Assembly: GCA_965205015.1 (NCBI GenBank)
Contig: OZ242029.1
Coordinates: 32,001-96,000, forward strand
DNA: 64,000 bases
Direction: 5' to 3'
DNA from: Candidatus Poribacteria bacterium
GTDB lineage: Bacteria; Poribacteria; WGA-4E; WGA-3G
Below the pieces are notes generated by a model. It saw nothing but the letters and a program-made list of their open reading frames with translations. It ran no database searches and was not told where the DNA came from. Below are positions 59,470 through 64,000 of the stretch, piece after piece (position 1 is the first letter of the stretch; every line of letters begins with the position of its first letter). Both the position numbers and the translations under genes were made by a program.

Positions 59470-60207
59470 CTATTCAATCTCATAAGTCACGGTGACATTC
59501 ACGGTGACGGTGAGTTCACCGGCTTCAATAGGGGTTTTACTGCGCGCGGTATCAGCAGCGAAGTCTGCTTCTTCAGCATAGGCGATAGGTGGACTCGTAG
59601 CGTGCGAGGTCTCAGTGATCGTGATAGGTTTCCCGAGCGTAACACCGCTCGCTTCCGCCAAGGTTAAGGCTTTCGCCGCTGCGCTCTTTACCGCCAAACT
59701 ACGCGCCTGTGTCTGCAGCGGTGTGGTGTCCTCAATCATGAATTGGATAGAGTTCACAACGATAATATCCCCACCCGCTTCGGCAGCAGTATCAATGACC
59801 TCACTGAGATTCTCTAACTCTCGCACCTTTGCACTGACGGCGTTGTTCACACTATATCCACGAAGGACACGTCCATTATCCGTGTAGTCATACTGCGGAT
59901 AGATGCTAAACCTTTCCGTTTGAATGTCTTTTTCAACGACGCCACTGGCTTTCAGCGCGTCTATCACCGCCGTCATAGCGACGGCAGCTGCCTCACGGGC
60001 TGCCGCGACTGTTTTTTTCTCAACGGATACGCCTAAATTGAGGGTTGCTATATCCGGTTCACCGACGACTGAACCGCTTCCTGTCACGTGGATTTTCCCA
60101 CTCTCCTGCGACTGCAATAAAGGTCCTATAATTTGTGGTTCGCATCCGGTGAGCGTTATGGCGAGCAAGACACTAATCCCCAAAGACAGAAATTTTAATC
60201 TATGCAC
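59470..60207 (-). CDS. SIMPL (DUF541) family lipoprotein
   Basis: Lipobox LTGC; VTGSG...PDIATLNLGV; PIEAGE..VTVTYEI. Confidence 0.92.
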   Translation of the reverse strand: MHRLKFLSLGISVLLAITLTGCEPQIIGPLLQSQESGKIHVTGSGSVVGEPDIATLNLGVSVEKKTVAAAREAAAVAMTAVIDALKASGVVEKDIQTERFSIYPQYDYTDNGRVLRGYSVNNAVSAKVRELENLSEVIDTAAEAGGDIIVVNSIQFMIEDTTPLQTQARSLAVKSAAAKALTLAEASGVTLGKPITITETSHATSPPIAYAEEADFAADTARSKTPIEAGELTVTVNVTVTYEIE

Positions 60208-60219
60208 GGCACATCTCCT

Positions 60220-61185
60220 TTATTCAGTTTCAACTTCCGGTGGTGTTTCCTCAGCCTTGAGCGTATCGGATTTCTTTATTAACTGATCTACATTCGACTT
60301 GAAGAGTCTGAAGATAGTATCCGTGTCGTCGCGTTTGACGTAAAGTTTACCCTCCTCCTCTTTCCCAACGTGCAGGGTTGCCGTTGTGCCATCGTTGAGT
60401 ACAGCAGAAATAGTGGATTGCGGTGCGTCTAAGTCGTATTCAGCAAGGTCATCCGTCGCTGCAGCGAAATCGTCTGTGTTCAATGCGCTGAACGCTGTCA
60501 GAAGCGTGTCAATCTCTGTTGTTTGAGCAGCAGCGGCTACAGGCTTAAGCATCTGCCATGCACCCGCTGCATCAAGACGCAGTTCGACCGTCTCCTCCGG
60601 CGAGATGATGTTCAGCTGTGTGACAATCCCTTTGTTAAAATTGAAGATAGTCCGATCTTTCCAAGTCCGAGTGCCTTTGTCAAAGACAGACTGGAGATAC
60701 CCTTGTGCTACATAGACCTCGTTGGAATCAGCAGGACGCACATAACTGCTCAGAAAGCCGGGGGTTGTTTTCCCCACAAACAGATGTGCTAACACTTCAC
60801 CGTTTGTATCCATCAATTTTGCTTCGACCCCAGTGCTATCCACTTCGAATTCAGACTGTTTCTCTGGGTTATTGGACACGCGCTGCGTATTCTTAAATTC
60901 GGTCACCTTGGACAGCAATTCCGCCACGCCTTCACTCTCCGCCGGATAGTTATCCATAGAAGCCACAACCCAACTGTCATTCTGTTTTGAAAGCGTTGTG
61001 GTTTCGCCGGTAGCGGTGATTTCTATTTTCGCGACCTGCTCCGCAGTGAAATTCGGAAACAAGGGCATTGCGGTTTCAACCTTCTTTTCATATTCGCTCT
61101 GCCCAAACGGGTTCTCGAAAATCAAAATAAGGAGTGCCAAAACGACAAAAATAGCACCTAAAATAAGGAGTTGTTTCGTTTTCAT
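60220..61185 (-). CDS. DUF4340 domain protein
   Basis: N-terminal TM helix, two repeated DUF4340-like units, follows the GldG-like gene. Confidence 0.85.
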   Translation of the reverse strand: MKTKQLLILGAIFVVLALLILIFENPFGQSEYEKKVETAMPLFPNFTAEQVAKIEITATGETTTLSKQNDSWVVASMDNYPAESEGVAELLSKVTEFKNTQRVSNNPEKQSEFEVDSTGVEAKLMDTNGEVLAHLFVGKTTPGFLSSYVRPADSNEVYVAQGYLQSVFDKGTRTWKDRTIFNFNKGIVTQLNIISPEETVELRLDAAGAWQMLKPVAAAAQTTEIDTLLTAFSALNTDDFAAATDDLAEYDLDAPQSTISAVLNDGTTATLHVGKEEEGKLYVKRDDTDTIFRLFKSNVDQLIKKSDTLKAEETPPEVETE

Positions 61186-61280
61186 CTTTTAATTATTCCT
61201 TGCGGAGAAACGACCGGAATTAGGACTTTGACGTGCTATCCTCTGGAGTCGTCCTCCCATCACCGATTTTAAAACGTGAG

Positions 61281-62939
61281 TTATACGGAGCCGTAGGTCT
61301 CTACGAACCTTTTCGCTCGCCTTTTTAGGAAGTATCGAAGGAGCCCAAAAACAATAACTACCAGTGGAACCCCCACAATACAGAGGTACTTAATAAAATT
61401 TTTCTCAATTTCAGAAACCTCACGCAAGGGTCGATCCGTAATGGTATGCGACCGAATACCGATAAGCGCATCGCCAAGGGTCAGCCAATCGACGGTGTTT
61501 AAGAAAAAGTCGATGCCATCGCGACGGAGCTGTGTGAGAAATTGCGCCGTGCCGACCACAACAATTTGGGTCTGTCCACTCACAGTTTGGGTGATGCGTC
61601 CCTCTGTGTCCGACCCTGGAGCAGGCGTCTCGCTGTCCTCTGTTAAAGGAGGGGTTTCTAACCCGGATTCTGCTGCACCTTGGGGTGAGACCGGCGGAAT
61701 CTCTTTACCGGCATAGAAACTCTTGAAGGTGCCTTCCAAGGCGACAGCGACCGTATAAACTTGGGACTCAGCATTCGGCGGAATCGGAGCACTCGGCATT
61801 AGGTTGTAATAGCCTTGGATACTCCGTCCGGCTTCACTCGTCTTTGCCAATGGCGTCGCAGTGATCCCTTCTTTTGGCACTATCTCTAAAGAACTCGTCC
61901 ACGGTAATGTCAACACCTCCAACTGGTTGGTGATGCCGTGTTCCGTCGAGAAATTCGGTTTCACAATTTTAATAAAATAAGGGTACGGCTGAATAACCGT
62001 CATGAATCCTTGTTGGAAGCGCGCGGTGTCATGGAATCTGGCATCCAGCAAGAGATTGTTCCCAAGTTTCACACCGTAGTGTTCCAAGAGGTCATTCAGA
62101 CCGGTGCTCAACGGAGAACCTTGCAATGTACCGGGTTGCATTTGAATCGGATCGACCAAGAATACCGCTCTACCCCCACGCATGATAAACTGATCAATTT
62201 CATATTTATCGCGTTCCGTCAACGGTTGCTGGGCACCGGCAATAACCAATGTCGCAACGCTACCGTCAACGGCTTTCCCATCTTGCAGATTGACGGAGGT
62301 GAGATTATATTGCCCCCGCGCGTTTTTATCCAAAAGTTGATGAAACTGCTGATGGTTTTGATTATTGATATCGAATTCGCCGTGTCCGGTCAGAAACCCT
62401 ACCGTCTTCGCCTCTTTGGTGGTAACTTTGAGAATAGTAGAAGTGAGTTCGTACTCCAAATTAGCGGTTGATCGCACAACGGGTAAAATCTCTTCTTTAC
62501 CACTATAACCGATAGAGATCCCCATGTAGACGTTCGCGATTTCCGCTTTATCCTTTCTCACGACATTGATTTGGACTTCCGGGATCCCCTTGAAACGGAG
62601 TTCCTGTTTCTGTCCGTCGTCGAAATCCGCGGGATTCACAAAATCAATCTGGAGTCTCTTGGAAAATGCGTTGTATTCATCGAGTACGTCCCTGATATCG
62701 CGACGGATTTGTGCGACCTCCGCGGGATTCGTGGAAAAGTAGGCGGTGATCGTTACAATATCATCTAACGTGTCCAGCACATTCTTCGTTGCTTTCGAGA
62801 TCGTATAACGCTTATCTTCAGTGAGATCCGCGCGAATGAAGCGGCGCGTCGATAGGAAATTAATTAGCGCGAGGATGCCGAAGATGATTGCTACAAAAGC
62901 GAGGGTGTTGCCACCGTATTTGATTCGTTTATTAACCAA
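61281..62939 (-). CDS. GldG family ABC transporter auxiliary component
   Basis: DLTEDKRYTIS, LEYELTS, FLTGHGE, IDQFIMRGG, NTVDWL. Confidence 0.9.
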   Translation of the reverse strand: MVNKRIKYGGNTLAFVAIIFGILALINFLSTRRFIRADLTEDKRYTISKATKNVLDTLDDIVTITAYFSTNPAEVAQIRRDIRDVLDEYNAFSKRLQIDFVNPADFDDGQKQELRFKGIPEVQINVVRKDKAEIANVYMGISIGYSGKEEILPVVRSTANLEYELTSTILKVTTKEAKTVGFLTGHGEFDINNQNHQQFHQLLDKNARGQYNLTSVNLQDGKAVDGSVATLVIAGAQQPLTERDKYEIDQFIMRGGRAVFLVDPIQMQPGTLQGSPLSTGLNDLLEHYGVKLGNNLLLDARFHDTARFQQGFMTVIQPYPYFIKIVKPNFSTEHGITNQLEVLTLPWTSSLEIVPKEGITATPLAKTSEAGRSIQGYYNLMPSAPIPPNAESQVYTVAVALEGTFKSFYAGKEIPPVSPQGAAESGLETPPLTEDSETPAPGSDTEGRITQTVSGQTQIVVVGTAQFLTQLRRDGIDFFLNTVDWLTLGDALIGIRSHTITDRPLREVSEIEKNFIKYLCIVGVPLVVIVFGLLRYFLKRRAKRFVETYGSV

Positions 62940-62995
62940 AACAGCTTAACTCCTTTTCCATTGAATCACGGCACAACGGCGTGTGCCTACTACCT

Positions 62996-63712
62996 TTAAC
63001 GCCATTTGCGGCTCTCAACCGACAATGTGCTTAAATAGAGAAAAAAACCGATGAGCGACAGATAATAGATAATGTCTCGGGAATCCAGTACGCCTCGAAG
63101 AATACTGCTATAATGTGCACCGAGACCCAAATAACTGAAAATCGGGAACAACCAATTCGGGGCATTGAAAAGCACAATGTCCTCACCGATGATAAGCAGC
63201 ACGAAACACGCAGTGATCCCAAAAATAAACGCAATAATCTGATTTTCAGTCAACGTTGAGGTGAAAAGCCCAACGGCTATATATGCCCCGCCCATCAACA
63301 GAAGTCCGATGTAACCGCTGATGAGTGTCCCACCATCCGGACTTCCCAAGTACATGACCGACAGCGGCAGCACAAGTGAGAGTAGCACTGTGACAGTAAG
63401 AAGGGCAAAACTGGCTAAGAATTTTCCAATGACGACTTCGTAATCTCGAATCGGCAACGTCATTAGGATTTCTACCGTGCCGAGCTTCTTCTCTTCAGCC
63501 CAGAGCTTCATCGTAACAGCGGGGATAAAAAATAGGAAAATCCACGGCATCAACCCAAAAAAACCGCGCATTTCAGCTTGGTTAACCAGAAAAAAACCTC
63601 TGAAGAAGAGCCATGCGGAGATACCGAGGAAAAATGTGATGAAAATATACGCGATAGGTGAATTGAAATAACTTCTAAATTCCTTTTTAAGGATAGCTGT
63701 AATGTTCGTCAT
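62996..63712 (-). CDS. GldF-like ABC-2 permease
   Basis: KEFRSYFNSPIAY, AEEKKLGTVEILMT, TENQIIA, GVLDSRD. Confidence 0.92.
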   Translation of the reverse strand: MTNITAILKKEFRSYFNSPIAYIFITFFLGISAWLFFRGFFLVNQAEMRGFFGLMPWIFLFFIPAVTMKLWAEEKKLGTVEILMTLPIRDYEVVIGKFLASFALLTVTVLLSLVLPLSVMYLGSPDGGTLISGYIGLLLMGGAYIAVGLFTSTLTENQIIAFIFGITACFVLLIIGEDIVLFNAPNWLFPIFSYLGLGAHYSSILRGVLDSRDIIYYLSLIGFFLYLSTLSVESRKWR

Positions 63713-63809
63713 AATCTTTGATAAAGGCTATCGGAAGAGTGGTTATCAGTTACAAGAGAATTTTGTTAAACGAAAACCTCTTAACTGATGGCTGACAACT
63801 GACAACCAA

Positions 63810-64000
63810 TCATACCTGCTCCTTGTCTGTCAAATTAAGGAAGACATCCTCTAAGTCCACGGATTCTTGACGGAGTTCTGTCAGGCTCCACCCATTCCTC
63901 ACAACGACGTGAAAAAGCGTCTCCGCAGCATCACTCCCCTGAGCAGCATGGACCTGATAACCGACAACACCGTTGTCCGTGTCAACACAATTCCACTGTG
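63810..64000 (-). CDS. ABC transporter ATP-binding protein, C-terminal end (partial, GldA-like)
   Basis: Minus strand ...GWSLTELRQESVDLEDVFLNLTDKEQV*. Confidence 0.8.
   Translation of the reverse strand, partial: QWNCVDTDNGVVGYQVHAAQGSDAAETLFHVVVRNGWSLTELRQESVDLEDVFLNLTDKEQV

Overview
A 64-kb bacterial chromosomal window. It is most likely from Candidatus Poribacteria or a relative. This is an inference from the cluster of PhyH dioxygenases, Gfo/Idh/MocA oxidoreductases and a sulfatase, the secreted proteins ending in a TWASLK motif, and the dense intergenic palindromic repeats. Housekeeping genes are trpB (partial), glnD, trmB, uvrC, hflX, smpB with tmRNA, tRNA-Leu(CAA), a flotillin operon and a Gld-like ABC operon. 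Four accessory blocks lie among them. (1) A type III restriction-modification locus whose mod gene is split at a G10 tract. (2) A decayed CRISPR region with a one-spacer mini-array plus leader, a cas6 C-terminal fragment and an internally deleted PLP-enzyme gene. (3) Two paralogous cassettes for His-rich secreted lamin-tail-like proteins, with a shared promoter and C-terminus but unrelated N-termini. (4) Between those cassettes, a MITE-bounded two-gene module of SIR2 plus a STAND NTPase. The most unusual signal is in the 540-640-nt leaders of the two surface-protein genes. Each has two upstream ORFs, the second crossing a poly-C tract. Tract length decides whether ribosomes stop before, or read through, a structurally conserved terminator-like hairpin. 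This is a candidate phase-variable attenuation switch. Caveat: every homopolymer-dependent frame in the window is restored by adding one base, so homopolymer sequencing error must be excluded from the raw reads.
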